Of a DNA stretch of 64,000 nt, positions 22,380 to 37,800 are shown one piece after another. Source of the stretch: Blasia pusilla. Lineage: Eukaryota. The stretch lies in the NCBI GenBank assembly GCA_050084515.1, contig CM114271.1, forward strand, positions 3,038,001-3,102,000, in the 5' to 3' direction. Position numbers and translations under genes: made by a program. The stretch's first letter is position 1. Every line of letters starts with the position of its first letter. The notes under the pieces are model-generated. The model did not search any database and was not told the origin of the DNA. It was given only the letters and a program-made list of their open reading frames with translations.

Positions 22380-25300
22380 ATGGCTCTTCATTCAGCCACT
22401 TTGTCCCATTTGAGCGCCTCACGTGTACATTTGCCCCGTCTCAACCTCATGCGCACATCTGACCCGTCTCAACGTCACACACTCTGTTTTCCTTTGCTAC
22501 AAACATGCGGCTTGTCTCGTAAACCCAACCTCTACGGCCTGAGGCATTATGTTTTCCCTTGCAGCGAACTTGCTGCCCAACCCGGCCTCACGCACTCTAT
22601 TTTCCTTTGCAGCAAACCTGCATGCCATCTTGGCAACTCAACCTCTACGGCTTGACATGGCCTCAAGCGCCTTAGTTCTCTTCCTTGCAGCTGAAGTTGC
22701 CTCTATAGGCTTCCCCAATGGTACATTGTTGCAGCGCGGCCTATGCAACTTCAAGCGGCCTCTTCCCTGCTGTCTTCCTTGCACGCGAGTTTGCTCACTT
22801 AATGCAATGTAGCCTCACGATCCCTTTCATCTTACTTTTCCGCAATGTTGAATGCTCTCAATTCGCTATTGTTGAGATCTAGCTAGGTTCGGGTTGTTGT
22901 GGCATTGCGAGAGGTGGGCTTTTAGGAATATCAATCAAAACTTCGGGTGGGGTTAGATTTGAGATGCGCAACATACATTTAGGGTCTCTCCACCATGGAT
23001 GCAATGTTTTCCATTGTTGCCATAGCCGTGGATGCATTGATGTCCATTGCTGCCACTACTCTCTAATTAACTTTTACTTCATACCTCATTTCAAGCTAAG
23101 GTTTTTGCTCTCGGATCTTTGTACAGACACAATTTTCTTTTTGAGAGAAGCGTCAAAAGAGAACGACCACGGGTTTATTCTTTTCTAGTTTGATCACTTA
23201 GATCTGCACAATCTTTTGCTATGACTATTAAGCTATGGACTTTCTCTCCATAGCCCGAGGCATAGAGCAGTTTGTTGTTGTTGTTGCTACTATTTGATTA
23301 GCCCTAGATTTCTAACAAAGATCTTTGCTTTCCCACATCCATTCTTACAATTTTTCTTTTGAGGGTACCTTGGTACCTCGGCCGAGGTTTTTCATGTCCT
23401 AGAGTACTCCAGCTTAGTACTTCCGAGATGGGAAATGTAGCAAGTAGACATTCATATACATAGTTTCAAAGTAGAGATTATTTCCCTTGTATCTGAGAGT
23501 ATAATCCGAATGTTAACTACAAAATCTTGTTGCTTTTGCCCATTTTTTCGGGCCCTTATAGTCACAAGCGGATGTGGGGTAGAATTCATTGGCATGTTCC
23601 CAACTTCCAGGGTATTCCTTGGAGATAGCGAGCAATGCTTGTCCACGTTGGGCAATGATGTCTTCATATATTTTCTCATAGAGGCAGCTTTGAACTCTCT
23701 TTTGTTGTTGGATCGTTTATCGCATGTTTGAAGCTTGGAGCATGATTGGGCTGAGTTATGTCCCCCAAATAGGGCTTGCACCAAAGTGCAACATCTTCCA
23801 TGTGCTTAGTCGGATACAATCCTCTTGAGATATAGGAGACCATTGAGAATTGTCCAAAGGTTCACGATTGGCATTCTTGACACCGTAATGCTTATTCGAC
23901 GAAGTGACTTTGGCAACACTCTTTCCTTTCTCCTGTGTGGATTTTTTGTTGTTTTTTTGGTTGACATGATTTTTGTCTGCACCCATGATCTATTGTGTAC
24001 CTTTTATTAAGAAAGTTTTTCAGAGATGGGAGTTGGAGCTGTATGAGCTAAATTGGAACATAGGAGGTGATTTTAGAGGTGCAAAAGCTGGAAGTTGAAC
24101 ACAGTAGGTGATTAGGGAGCTGTAGAAGCTGGAGATGAATCTAGAGCGTCTGTCGAATCGAGACTAGAGGTGACTTGAATCTCAACTACAACTGGCACCT
24201 GCAATCCACAAAGTAGAAGCCGAACACAAAAGATGATTCCGGAGCTGCAGCAGTTGGAGCTGGGAGGTGGCTTGAATGGGAGCTTCTTGATAACTTGAAC
24301 TGCAATCAGAAGTTTATAGTTCTTGTAGTACCTTAATCATAAAGCAGAGATATAAGAGTAGAGGAAGATTTTCAAAGCATATCAAAGCATAGTCGTTAGA
24401 GTTTAGCTAAATTGTGCCTAGGCTATTTTGAAGACACTTGAGAGCTCCAAGAGGAATCAAACACGTGAATAAAGCTTCGCATTAAGCATGAATGGCAAAC
24501 TCGTGGCATTGAGTCAATCGAAACCTGAGTGCTCATAAATGGAAACCTCATGGCATTGAGTAGATTGAAACCTGAGTTTAGAGTATGTGAATGAAACACA
24601 CATTGTATCTGATCGGGTCAAATGTAAAAATACATTCGACTTGTACTGTTCCTTGAGAACTCACAAACCCTCAGATTTGCCGCCCATAGAGAAGGCGTCT
24701 ACATCAACAGATGTGCCTTCTCACAATCGTGATTGTCTCAAGACACACATGAATACATGCCTTCAAAAAACCAGACATCCTCTTCATGATCGTAATTGGC
24801 TCGTAGAATTTGAACGCATGACTTCAAAAAACCGTTACAATATATCACGGCGCACACATTGAAACCTTAAAATATCCAACCTTAAAATGTACTAAAAAGA
24901 CACTACATGCATGCACGTGCACTAGATACATCTATTTTCCTCTAGACCCATACTACATAACTACTAACAAGACATATCTAGAAATATTTATTGTGCAAAT
25001 CGGACTTCCACCGATATATATATAGGATTAATTTTCTAGATTATGCGCAAACAAGTGGTGCAAGGTAACTATCTCTTGAAATAGGGTGTGCCATATAATA
25101 TCTCCTTGTTCTCATAATTGGAGTATACATGACTTAGTGAGATATGAGAATATGTGAGGATAAAGTTCCATGTAGAAATCTTCAAGTATCTATAAACAAT
25201 TGAGACATCTAAAAAGTTGAAGATAAAGATAGAAGTACTTATCGATTATAAAGTCATCATGATTCTTGGTGTTGTGAACAATTAGGTATAAACTATTTCC

Positions 25301-28300
25301 ATTTGAGCATAATCTCAATCTTATTCTTTATGCATTGATACTTTAAATTTTTCATATATGTCTAAAAAGATTAGTAGTTCCCACATTACATTACATGTTT
25401 AAAAAATATAAATGATCCTTTAACAAACGTAAGATTATCTGAGATAAAGAAAATGAAGAGGAATTATTAACCTATCGGAGGGAATGTTCCTAAAGAGAAC
25501 TTTTTTTACATCAACATGACCTTAGAACAACAAAATAATAATGCATGATACATAATTGATGAAAATTGTATCCATTGGTATTTTTTTAATTTCCATGTTT
25601 AAGAATTAGAAAAAAAAGGAATTCAAACACCAAATTAAGAAATACTAAAGAAGTGTAGAATTATTTTATTCCTAAAAAAATTTCATTATTATTTTTTTTG
25701 GCAAAGGGGAAGGGAGGTTTGTTAAGATTAGACCTAATACACCCAAATGCCTTTTTATTGAATAATCAACCATAAATTTAAAAAAATTTTCATATTATCA
25801 AACATAAACATTTTCAAATTCCACATTTTTTAATCAATATTATTCATTATGGGGAATAAATTACACTAGAAAAACTATTTCATATATGTATGGAAGTTTC
25901 AAATAAAAAACTTCTTAATGGATGAAACTTTGCCATATAAATTATCTAATTACATAATGAACCCATGCTAATGAAATAGTTCACCCTTAAAGTAGCCCAT
26001 TACATTTCAATGAACATCAATATATGTTTGATTGATATTAATCTAAGATGAAGAAATGTCAAAGTAAATGTGAGATGAGTTTGAACAAATATTTGAGTTA
26101 CTATACTACAACTATGGAATGGTAGTTGAAATGAGACTTTAATAAGGTTATGAAGTAATCTCACACTAAAATTGACTTAAGACTTTTCTTGGAATGAGTT
26201 TTTTGCAAAGAAGTACTCTAAGAGAAATCTTTGTCGAAGTGTCTGTGCAACGAGAGAGTAATAACAAAGATGGAGATACTTTTCCATGAAGGGTTAGTCA
26301 ACTCTAAGGAAAGGGTAAGCAATCCTTGAGTGATAGGGATAAAGACTTGCTGAAGATGGAAAATGAGGAAGACAAGGAAAAATTATAGTCTTCGCGAAGA
26401 ATGAAGAACTCTTACGAAGCTTGAGAAGAGTCTTTGTGAAAACAATGTACGAAAACCTTGAACTTTATAGAGATTTTTTTACAAAGTTCTTCTACAAGGA
26501 GCTTTTACGAAGATATTTTACCAAGTATTTTGTGAAAGACAAGCAACGAGCAAAAGAAGAGTAGTTAGAGTAGTTAGAGGTACATTGTCATATGATTATT
26601 GGAATATGAAAGAATTGGGAGTTTTAGTAACTCATAATCTACATGGATCAAGGAAGTGGACCTTTAGGTAACCATAAATTTAGAAATGTAGAAAAAGTGA
26701 AGAGGTGGATAGATCAGAGGCACCAGTTGGAATCTATAAGTTCCCTTAGCACAATATAGCACAAAAAGAGAGTATAGGAAGCAATAGGAAGCACATGTGA
26801 TCAATCTTTAGAAAGGAGGGTGTCCTAATGGCTCTTAACATTGTTCAAAAGAGTTATATGTATACATATTTCAGACATCACACCCTTTTTATGAAGTAGT
26901 GACCATTCTCTCATTTTATATTTTGCATTTGGTGGTGCCGATCTTCATATGATTGGAGATGCAAGTGTAGAAGTCTTATGAGAGGTTGTGTCAAAAGGAA
27001 TTGAAAAGTTTGCGAAAGAGGGATTGCACTTTGTTATATAGAGAGCACCTTCAAAGATGGATTAATTCCTAGGTATGGAAGGTCATTTTCCGGACTCTAG
27101 AGATAGTGGGAAAGTAAACTTTTCCTTATAGGCAACTCTATCTTGCTTAGAACAAAAAATGGGGAATCTTTGGAGAGAGAGGGTTGTGCGAGACTTGTCC
27201 TTACGGATGAGAGAAGGATGGATCGATAGATGAGATGTGGAAGGGCTCAATCTTGAAAACTTATGAGAATATTCTTATTTTCCAATTAAAATAGTCTTTA
27301 AAGTGTAACGGGGTCCACTTGGGAAAAAACTAGATGATAAGGGATAACAGTACTCAATCCAGAAATTACTAGAACATTACAATATTCAATATCAAAACTA
27401 GAGGTGATTACATGAGGAGTATTAAATTATTTGTAGATGGTTATGCTCTAATTATCATCATACTTTAATTAAAAGGAAATCAATCTCATACTTTGGAGCA
27501 TCAAGATATGTTAAAGTCACATTCCTCATATTTTTCAGAATGGATTCCTCATTCCAGTCTATGAAGGGATCCAACAAAGAAGTTTTTATTAGGATTATTC
27601 AAGATGAATTTTGATATGGATGCTTCTTCTAAATTATTTTTAATTAGGAATATTATTATTCACTTCGTGTTCATATGATCATAATGAAGATGATAAGTTT
27701 GTTATGTGAAGCACCATTCCATCCAAGGAGCCATCCATCTAGCTCAAAGACTATGTTAGATGGTTGAGTAAATCTAACTTCTTTAAACAAGATATGGTGA
27801 AGATTTGGAAATAGATTTATTAGAAAAAATAAATGGAGATAATGTCTGATACTTTATTGAAGACTATGTATCATTATGGCTTCTATAGCGTGGAATTTTT
27901 TTATGGTGCACATGTTTTTGGAAGACATTGGACAATCACTTAAATGAATCACACAAGATCTACGAGGTTCACTGCCTATATAGAAGCTATATATATAATC
28001 AAACAATCGCAAGTTGCTTTTCTAAAATCTGCGTACATCGTACATTGCAAGCTATCCAAGACTCACTCTCAAGCCTAAAGTTGTGCGTGCAAAACAACGT
28101 TGAACCCTAACATGGCTTCAATCAAACAATCATGAAAGTGTATTGTACCATAGGGACCTTTCCACACCCTTGCTTAGGAAGGGGGGTCGAGCGGGGCTAA
28201 GAAAATAACTCCCACCCATCCATTGGGTGATCAGAGAAATCATAGATGACAAGCAAACTCACCTTTCAGAAACCTTCATATTGTCACTCTTGTAACTAAT

Positions 28301-28393
28301 GGAATAACAATCACGTAGGCAACAATCTCCATCTTGTCTTATATTATATCTACTCCAATAAGGCTAACCCTAAGAGTATTCTTGATAGCATGC

Positions 28394-28795
28394 CTAGCAA
28401 CGTATAATATGCAACAAGTCCAAACAGTGTTTAAACTTCTCCAATAGAATGAGCTTTGTCAACATATTTTCTGAATTTTCCTCAAAGCCTGTCTTCATAA
28501 GGTTGGTCACACCCTCACTTAGTGTCTCTCGAATGAAATGACATTGAACATGAATGTGCTTTTTCTTGTCATGATACTCTAGAGTTTTAGCTAAATGTGT
28601 GGCTATCACAATATGTGATAACTCCATCATGTAAAAAACCAAACACATCTACAAGTCTTTGTAGCCAAATAACATCCTTAGTTGCCTCTGATGCAACCAT
28701 ATACTTGGCCTCTATGATAGATTGTGCTATAGAGGCTTGTACTGTGGACTTTCAATTGACCGATCCACTCACGAATGTATACACAAAACATATAT
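28394..28795 (-). pseudogene. Ty1/copia RNase H remnant
   Basis: KSTVQASIAQSIIEAKYMVASEATKDVIWL and HLAKTLEYHDKKKHIHVQCHFIRE...ENSENMLTK. Confidence 0.85.
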
Positions 28796-29979
28796 CTCTA
28801 GGATATCCATAACCGTCTATTCTTCCAATCTTTATGGATATCCAAGGTTGTACCAAAATGGACAAGTCCATCCATGGGACAAACTTGTTTGGATCTCTCC
28901 AAGGACATCCCAAACCGATCTTTAGCCGGATTCTTTGGGCACCCATGTTGCCCGCACGGATTTTATTTGTGGAAACACGTGCAGGTTGGGATGAAGAGTG
29001 TGGGCTATAGGCATGATATAGGCAAGTAGCGGGCTTGACGTAAGTGCGCTCGCATGATTGGCTTGGACTGAGAGGCTTGGCGAATTGAGGCTTTGTGCGG
29101 ACTTGAAGGGATTTCTACAAGTTGAGACTCGGGTCACGTTGGGAGGATGTGGGCTGAAGCGGACCCTGTAGACCTAGGTGTGGCCTTAAGCGTAGGCCTC
29201 ATGCAGGCAGAAGCATGATCTATGTACGGGATGGTATGTTGATAGAAGAGGATTTTGGTTGTTATTGAAGGCACGTGAGTGGGCGGAGAAGAAAGTAAAA
29301 GATTAAAATATAATTGAGTAGGGTCGTTGTATTATAGAATAAGTTAGTTGTAAATGAAAATGGAATACTAAAGGTGGAGAGAGGGAGGGAGAATATTAAA
29401 TTTGATTGAATAGGGTAGTTTTATTAGAAAATAGGTTAGCTACAAATTAAAGTGGTTCAAGAAGTTAGGATAGTTGAAAAAGGATTAGGATTATGACAAG
29501 AAAATAATATTTGCTAAATGGTGAATAATGGAAATAGTTTTGGAATAAATAATAAGTGGGGGTAGATAAGGAAAACGAATGAAGGATTCATTTTCTTCTT
29601 TCCATCCTCCCCTATATAAACTTGCTCATATTTTGTATACCCTCACAATCTCACAATCTCACTCCTTATTTCTTGTCTCCCTCTCTCGAATCTTGTGTGG
29701 AAGTTTTTTTCTCTCCATAGATAGGTGAACTTGATAAGTGAGACTATGTTTTTCTACTGAATAATCCTCATAATTAAAGGTATCTCGATCATCTATGTTA
29801 GCATGCTGATTTCTCTTGTTTATAGTGAGTGTTCCAAGATTGACATTAGAGCATTTATTGACAATATTTGGTGTAATTTGCATATATTTTACCGATTAAT
29901 ATATCCTATGAGTAACATGGTAAAATTTTCCAAATTATCCAAATAATTTTTAGGTGGGAACAATATGTGCTTGTAGTCA

Positions 29980-31880
29980 TGACCAAAGCCATAGACCTGC
30001 AACACATCGTGAAGGAACTTTGGGAAGAAATACACATAGAAGGTGGAATATCAAGCAAATAGCAGTGTAAATATTATTCCTATTTTTTGAAAACCTATTA
30101 CAACACGCGGATGGTGGAGCATTTTTAAAAAGTGAGATGGAAAAAAAAATGGGAATCATGATATCCATCATGTCAAGTTACGTGTGAAGGTCCCTCCTAA
30201 TGTGCAATACAATGTCCGAAATAGGGTACTTGTGGGAGATGGACAAAGAAGGGAAGTGAGACCCTCGATAGAAGTGGTGGAGATAACACTATTCCAAATG
30301 GGTTTGTAACATACAAGAAATATTTTGTTATGTTGTGTCCAACGTTGATGGGGTTGTGAACATGACAACTAGTGATAGTCTTGATCAATAAAGAAGAGTA
30401 GTTGGGTCGAGTTTGACGAGTGGTAGCATTGGAAAGAAGCAAGCTCATTTGAGTGATTCTTTCAACATTCAAGGAATAGAAGTTGCAAATGACATGTGGC
30501 CAAAGTGTTTCTATGAATGTGGAATATCATTCAAAGTAGTACTGTAAGATGCTTTAAAGCAAGCAATGTTGGAAACAACAAAGGTGAAGGGTTACTTAGG
30601 TCCTAGTTAGAATTGGTTGTGCAGCGCTCCATTTGAGAAATATATGGGGAAGGTGAAGGAAAAGGTGGATAGTATATTGGATGATTTACGTTTGGGGGCC
30701 ACGATCATCACGAATTCTTTGACGAATATGAGGAATGAGTCTTTAGTGAACATCATGGTCTTGTGTCCACAAGGCGAGGTCATGATTGAGTCAGTATATA
30801 GACACCAAGGAAGAATCCCAAACGACTCAATGGTTGGCAAGTCATATAGAGAGGACTATTATGGGCATAGGTCCAAAGAATGTGTTGCAACTTGAGACAA
30901 ACAACGATAGCAATCAAAAGCAGCGCGAAAACTTCTTGAAAGAAAGTTTCCTCACATTCTATGAGATGGATGTGTATCACATTCTCTTGATCTGGTATTC
31001 AAAGAATGAGGTAAGTGGCCTTGGGTGGACAAGATTTTTGCACAAGCTCATGATATGGTAGTATTTTTTAAGACAAAATCTCGGATCATGGCCAAATGCA
31101 TGGAAACCAACCATCTAAAGAGACGATTGTTGCTTCTTGCAAACAAATGATTTGCAACAAAATTTATAATGTTGGAAAGTGTCTTAGAATTGAGGGAGGC
31201 GTTCCGTGCAATGGTTGCCATAAATGCTTTTAGGAAGTATTTCAATGATAGGGACGTGGGGCAAAGGGAGAAGGTACAAGAGAGTGAGAATAAAGTGGCC
31301 AATCATGACTTTTAGATAGAATATGAAGAATTATTTGTTGCAACTTTGCTTACTATTATTCTGTTGAGAGAGTGTGATGGTCATAAACCAATGAAGGGGG
31401 GTATTTATGGCCGCATGTTTGACATAATTGAAAAGATCCATTCTCTCGCCCGTTCTTTTCTTGTAACTCTATGGGCCAGTGTGGGTGGAAGGCATCACGG
31501 TTTTTTGTTAACATCTTAAGAGCAATGGAAATGGTTGATGTTATTTCTAGGCGATGGGCACTTATCCACAATTAATTACACGTAGTACGCTACATTCTCG
31601 CCCCTTACAATCTTCTTGATAGTATTGAAGATGTCACTGCAATTTTTGAGTGCATGAGAGATTTCATACAAAATTTGAAAGTCCATGCAAAGGGGATGCA
31701 TGGCCTAAATGTCACCGAGGCTAATTCTTATGTAGGTAATTATTTGCAAAAGGTCTCTTCATCTTCAACGGAGAGAAATTGGAGTAGTTATGGTTTTATC
31801 GAAAAATAAGCACAGGAATAAATTGACCAACAAGCGTGCTAGAAACTTGGTGTACATCTACACAAACTCAAGGTTTGGAG
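29980..31880 (+). pseudogene. hAT (DUF659-type) transposase remnant
   Basis: KCFYECGISF, GATIITNSLTNMRNESLVNIMV, IGPKNVLQLETNN and the dimerisation motif SSSSTERNWSSYGFI...RNKLT..RARNLVYIYTN. Confidence 0.8.
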
Positions 31881-34800
31881 ATAATGATTTTTTGCGGATA
31901 TCAACACAATCATCGTTGTAGGAGCAATACTTCGATATGCAAAAGGGATGGCCTAGAACAAGCTAGAACGGTTGTAGAAGATGGTAGTGAGCCTAGCCTA
32001 CATGCAAGAAACCATGATGGTAATCATAAAGATAACCTTGAATGGCAAGATGAGGACCTAGAGGATGTGGACGTTCTATGTGGAATATATGGCACGGAAG
32101 TGAGGCATTATACTTATATAGGCGATGTTGAAAACTTTGACTTAAAGGGGCCTAGTTGTGAGTCGTTTGAGCCTTAGCCCTCATAGAAGAGACAAAGATT
32201 GGATTTAAGAGTACAAGGAAGAGCAACAACGTAGGACTTGAATTCAAGTGAATACAAGTGCCATATCTTCTAACACTACCTATGACCCTCCTATTGTCGT
32301 CATTGGTAGGAATTAAAAATTATTCTATCGAGTCTAGTGAACCACGAAGGGATTCTCCTCCATAATCTTTGAATGTTAAAAGAGTGGACCTAATAGATGA
32401 GCCTGGTGATGATGAGGTTCTTATACCTATTGTTCCAAACTCTCGACCTATCAATGATAACATCCACAGTTCATATCTTTCCTCTGATGATGAAACTATT
32501 GCATTAGGAAATCAGCTGATCCACAACCATCCAACTTAGAATTCGTAAGCCGCCCAATTACCGCATACATCTAAATCCATCAAACCCAACCATACACCCA
32601 AAGTAGAAGTATCATAGGTGTTGTTAGTGAAACGAATCAGTAAATACTTGCAACAAGCTTGTTTTGTAAAGAGTATCGTAAGAATGTCATTTTTAGACAT
32701 TCCTTTTTGTAATATTCTTGATAATAAAGTAAACTTTTTATATTGAAGCTTAATTTAAAAAGTACCATTTTGATAATAGAAGATTTTGTTGCACTTTTAC
32801 ATTTGAAAATAATTTGTAGGGAAGTTATCATCAATTTCCAAAACACCAAGAGATATAAAGTTTAATGTCAAGATATGATTTGTGGGAAAAGAATTGAAGA
32901 AGACCATAAATGGACATGCCCTTTTTCCTCAGAAAGTTTTATTGTATGGGTCCAAAATCCAAGTATCCATTTTTGGGTTTTTCGTCCCACATCCAATTTC
33001 ATTGAAATCTTGGAGGGATCTTGGATATACTTGGATGATCGAGTGTCCCAAATTTGAGGTCAAGATCACATACTTTAATAAGATGAGAAATCTCATGGGT
33101 CAAATAACCTAGAGTTCCATTTTTCAGGAGATCTTTCCAAGTAGGTTAGTTTAGGTACAATTGGATGATAAGAAGCCCAAATTTCACGTAAAGATTGCAT
33201 ATTTACACATATCGAATAATAGACACACTTGTTTGTTTATTTAATATTTTGGGAATAAATAATAAAAGACAATAGGAGAGGGTGTCCAAACAAGAAATCT
33301 TATCCAAAATTGTGAGAAAAAAATATTTTATTTGTAATATTAAAATGAATTTTTTATTGAGAAATATTGTTCAAACAAATATTTACATATTTAAAAAAAT
33401 CTTTAAGTCACGGGGAAAAATAATTATCCTTTTTTCATGATCTCTTTTTCATTTTTTCTTAACCTTTTGAGAATTCCCTTGTAGATTTCAAATTTTATCT
33501 TTTCCATTTTCTTTTTAATACTTGTTAAAGGTCCAGTGGTCTATTGGAGGGACATACTTGATTTCTTATTAGTGTTTATTACAATCTAACCTTAAAATTT
33601 CTTAATAAAAATTTCTCTTCCTGGTCTAAAAAATTGATGAACATATTCTTTTTCAAGTTTCTCTTAGTTGGAACTCATACTATGAATCATCATATTCAAT
33701 ATTAATTCACTATTTCTCCTTGCATCTTCTTACAACATTATTTCAAAAATAAATTAATATTTGAATTGAGTTTCAATGATGCATGAACTATGCATGCACC
33801 GCCTCATATAAAATATTATGAAATAAACTAATTCATTTTGGATTTCATAATATTTTTAAAATTTAATTATTAAAACTTTTCCCGTTCTACTTTTTAGTTT
33901 ACTAAAGGTCCATAGGGTCAATTTCAGAATAGGCTTTGTGGAAAATATTTTTTTAAGTAATAAATTATATCTCCTTATAAAAATAAATTCAAAATCTTCT
34001 CCAATATGAAAACATATTGTAAAACTCCACTAAATAAAGTTATACGTTTCTTTAATCAAACAAATATTTCTGATCGTACTTTCCATCTTATCCCAGGATA
34101 ATCCTAGAGAAAACTTGGAGATGTTTTATGAACTCACTTCACGGATTTTTATGTTAGTTAACATTCATGATATTATGAATGAATGAAGGAGTATAAATCA
34201 AATTTATATTTTAGAAATAATTGAACTTTTAATTTTCCAACTCCGTATCATCTTCCAACTCAAAATCACCACCCATAAAGCTTCATGCAAAAACATGCAT
34301 TCAACGTTATCGAACGGGTGCGGTATTTATCCATAAGATTGAACAAATAAGCCATTATTATGAAAAACAAATTTATATATTGTTTACAAAAATGGATAGT
34401 ACCCGATAAGGCGATAATCTATGGATTGAGAGGAACCTCATAGTTATGGCCATTACAAATATATGAACGAAAACTCATCCCATCTAATTGGATTCATCAA
34501 CCAAATATACGTAACATCGGTTCAGATGTCTCGCCAACTCTTATTGTGACTCTAGTCATGCGCTGTCGTATAGTAAAAAATTTCATTTTGTAAACTCTTA
34601 TCTTATTAATGTTAGAGAGTTTTATAAATATTAAATAAATTAGCTTAGGAAAAGAAAATTTACATGTTTAAACCCGTTTATAATGTCTCATTTGAGTGGA
34701 TCTAACTTTAGAAAAAGAAGTAATAAATGAGACATGGGAGTATAAAAGCAAAGTAGTGGGTTGGTATATTGATGAAAATAAAGTTAGAGTAGTTTTGGTT

Positions 34801-35449
34801 GATGGCTAGGGTAGTTCGGGTAGTTTGGAGGATAAAAAGTGAGTTGATGGGATATTTTGGAAAATATAAGAGATAATGTATTTGTGTTAAAATGGGATTG
34901 GCTAAACCTTGAAAGGAAGCTATGCGGCACAAGATAAGATTAGCATTATTTTGTATTCTTGGGGATCCCTTGCGAGTATATTAAGAGGAGGGACCTTCAA
35001 AGGGTTCATTATCTTTAACTTCATTTTCTGAGTCTCTTATTACTATTGAGTGGATGGAATTGGGCTTGGGTACTTTTCCAATGAGAGTGGATTACCCCTC
35101 GTGGGAAAGGGACTTTGGCTCATATCTATTCTTCAAGAGTTTCTTGTGTGGAGATGGTTACTTGGAGACACTTATTATCTTAGAAGAATTCTTGTCATAG
35201 TAGGGATAGGAGATGGTTTTTTTGGCTTGTTACTTTTCCAATGAGAGTGGATTCTCTCATTGGAAAGATCAAGAATGGATTTTGGAAATGGCGGAGATGG
35301 TTTTTAGGCTTGTTGCTTTTTCATTCTTGATTGAGGAGAATAGAGGATGTCCGTCAATCATGGATAGAGGTGGAGCACGAGGCGTACCCAATTTTCTTTT
35401 TCTTAACCCATATCACGTAAAAGTTCTCTTTGTAGATAGGCACTGATTT

Positions 35450-37800
35450 ACTCGTTATCTAGTGTATCATTTTGTGAGGTATTAATGAACCATGTTATGC
35501 AATCTCCAACTCCGGTGATACTTCCTATTGTCACATATGGAAGGATATGGGATTGTATTTTGAATGTCCTTACAAAGCGATCTATGGAAGATAATAGGCC
35601 TACTCGGATATGGTTGAACATTAGTTATGCAATTTTTCTTGTGTACAAGCGTAAAGTAGTTTATAATAACTTTATAGTCAAGAATTTCAGAATTAGATGT
35701 CATGAAGAAGTGATCACCTTGACACTACCATTTATGGTTCATGTCGTGAGAGAATGGAGAGTGTATATAGTAATAGTATACTAAAAGGATAGTTTCTTGG
35801 AGAGTTCATCTTGTATCAACGTCTTCCGCAATTGGAAGGTCCACCCTTACTCGAACAAAAGCTTTTGGCACGATAGGGCCTTCCCCCCTAAGGAACCGTC
35901 CTCTCCAACTCAACCTTGGCTTTACCATCATTTGTGTCTTGTGTGGGTTGTATTTGAGACATCTCCCAATCTCTCTCAAAGAATCCATTGAGTTCCTTCC
36001 CATTTGAGGGTACTGTTACGTTCGTGGATATTCCCATTTCATCTTTTGAGGAATATCTTGCCATAAGAAAGGTGGCAAGATCAATTCAAGTCTTCTAAAA
36101 AAAAAAATCCACCAATGGATTTTTATGATCTTTTAAAACAAGTTGTTGAGTTGTGTTGAGGACATCTCGGATTTATTGTGGATTCAACCCCTGTGCAAAG
36201 AAGAAGTTTTCCGCCTCTCGATTTTGGAGATCTATGGAAATTTTATGAATAAGATCTGCTTGATTATACATGTCAATGCAGCGTATCAACCATGATCGAA
36301 TCCCGATCAATTCTTTGTTAACGTGGTATTTCTCCTAGAATCACCCCACGTTTGTTCATTTCAAGGTTATAATCGGATCAAGGGCTATAATGTCCCAAAT
36401 TGAAAGTCTCTCTTGCTCTCGGGATCCCTTGTGATATGAAGTTGGTGCGTTACAATCGGGCGTGCGGAAAGATATGCCAAAAATCTTTCCTCCAAAACCT
36501 TGATCAAGAAGGTTTTCTACAAGTTAGACATGTGTGTGGTAGTAACAACAATTTTGTCTCATCTAAGTAGCTCATCGCTTAAAATTGACTTATTCACGAT
36601 CCTCTCCATCTATCTCTTAAATATCTTGTGCTCCTCTAACAATTTTTGGTACTTCCCCTTCAAATGTTGAATTTGGATTCCAAATCCAAAATGCATTGAT
36701 AATTCTTTATTAAGTTCTCCAAGTGTGATAGCCAAGAAATAACCTCGCTATTGTCCAAAGCACTCATTCCCAACAAGATATTCCCAAAAACATATTTTGG
36801 GAATAGCTTCGTTATGTACATAGCGATCGGAACTCTCCCCATCAAAACTCATATTACGACCTAAATTAAGGTTATTCAAAATAATTCTTAGCTCCTCAAA
36901 TTTCTCCTCCCCCAACAAGACTTGCCCTTCATTTACATTTTTGTCATGTATCTCCTTTTCAGTCGGCAGATTTCTTCTTTGTCCACCCATTCTTAACCCA
37001 CAAAAGAAATGAAAACTCATAAAATAGTAACACTCTCAAAAGGAATTTGTAACCTATATATACATATCATCTCCAAGGTAGCAAGTCATCATGACCTTTT
37101 AGAATGGAGATTACAAAGGACCCCTTTAGATCTCGATATAAGCTTGCCTACCTCTCTAAATTCATGAAAACCTCAACTCATGAGTTCTACTAACTCAAAA
37201 CTATCCAAGAATATAAATGTTATTCCCTCACTCACTTTTTTTTTATGTCAACCAACTCTACCTACTTCGAAAAGTTCTTAATTATCACCAACACATATTG
37301 GTTGTTTTGCTCAGTCAAAGAGAAAGGTTTGGGAAAACCCAAATCTATCGATAACCAAACCATAATTGATAAAGAGTGCAGTTGAAGCAATGAAGGATGC
37401 TGATACTCTATCACACCATATACACTTGATAAAGAACTAATAAATGTCTATATACATGCCATATCACCATAGACCCATAGCCATATAAAAAGTATACTAT
37501 ATGCTATCTTCACTCGAAAGTAAAACGCCCTTAGTCTCCAATTGGCATGATGCGCCAATTGTACTCGATGAAGAGGATAAGCCATTTCTTAGTGCTCACA
37601 CTTGCGTATCCTCCCATACTTGTAAACCATGTGTCCCCTCCCATTAAAACTTCTTGGATTATTGCAAGGATCCACTCTCACTCCCTACCATCCAATATGC
37701 TTGCTATGCTGCAAGTGAATAAATATTCCAAGATTAGTCCATCCTCTCTAAGCTCTATCTCATGCATTCAATAACGTGCTGGTATCATTAGATGTTCATG
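35450..37800 (-). mobile_element. Possible highly decayed Ty3/gypsy pol relic
   Basis: Only faint RT-like and integrase-tail-like residues are readable in AT-rich decayed sequence. Confidence 0.25.

Noticed and set aside
23452-24400. Zinc-knuckle-like and Pro/Ser-rich minus-strand fragments
   Set aside because: Probably a TE relic, but too decayed to assign.
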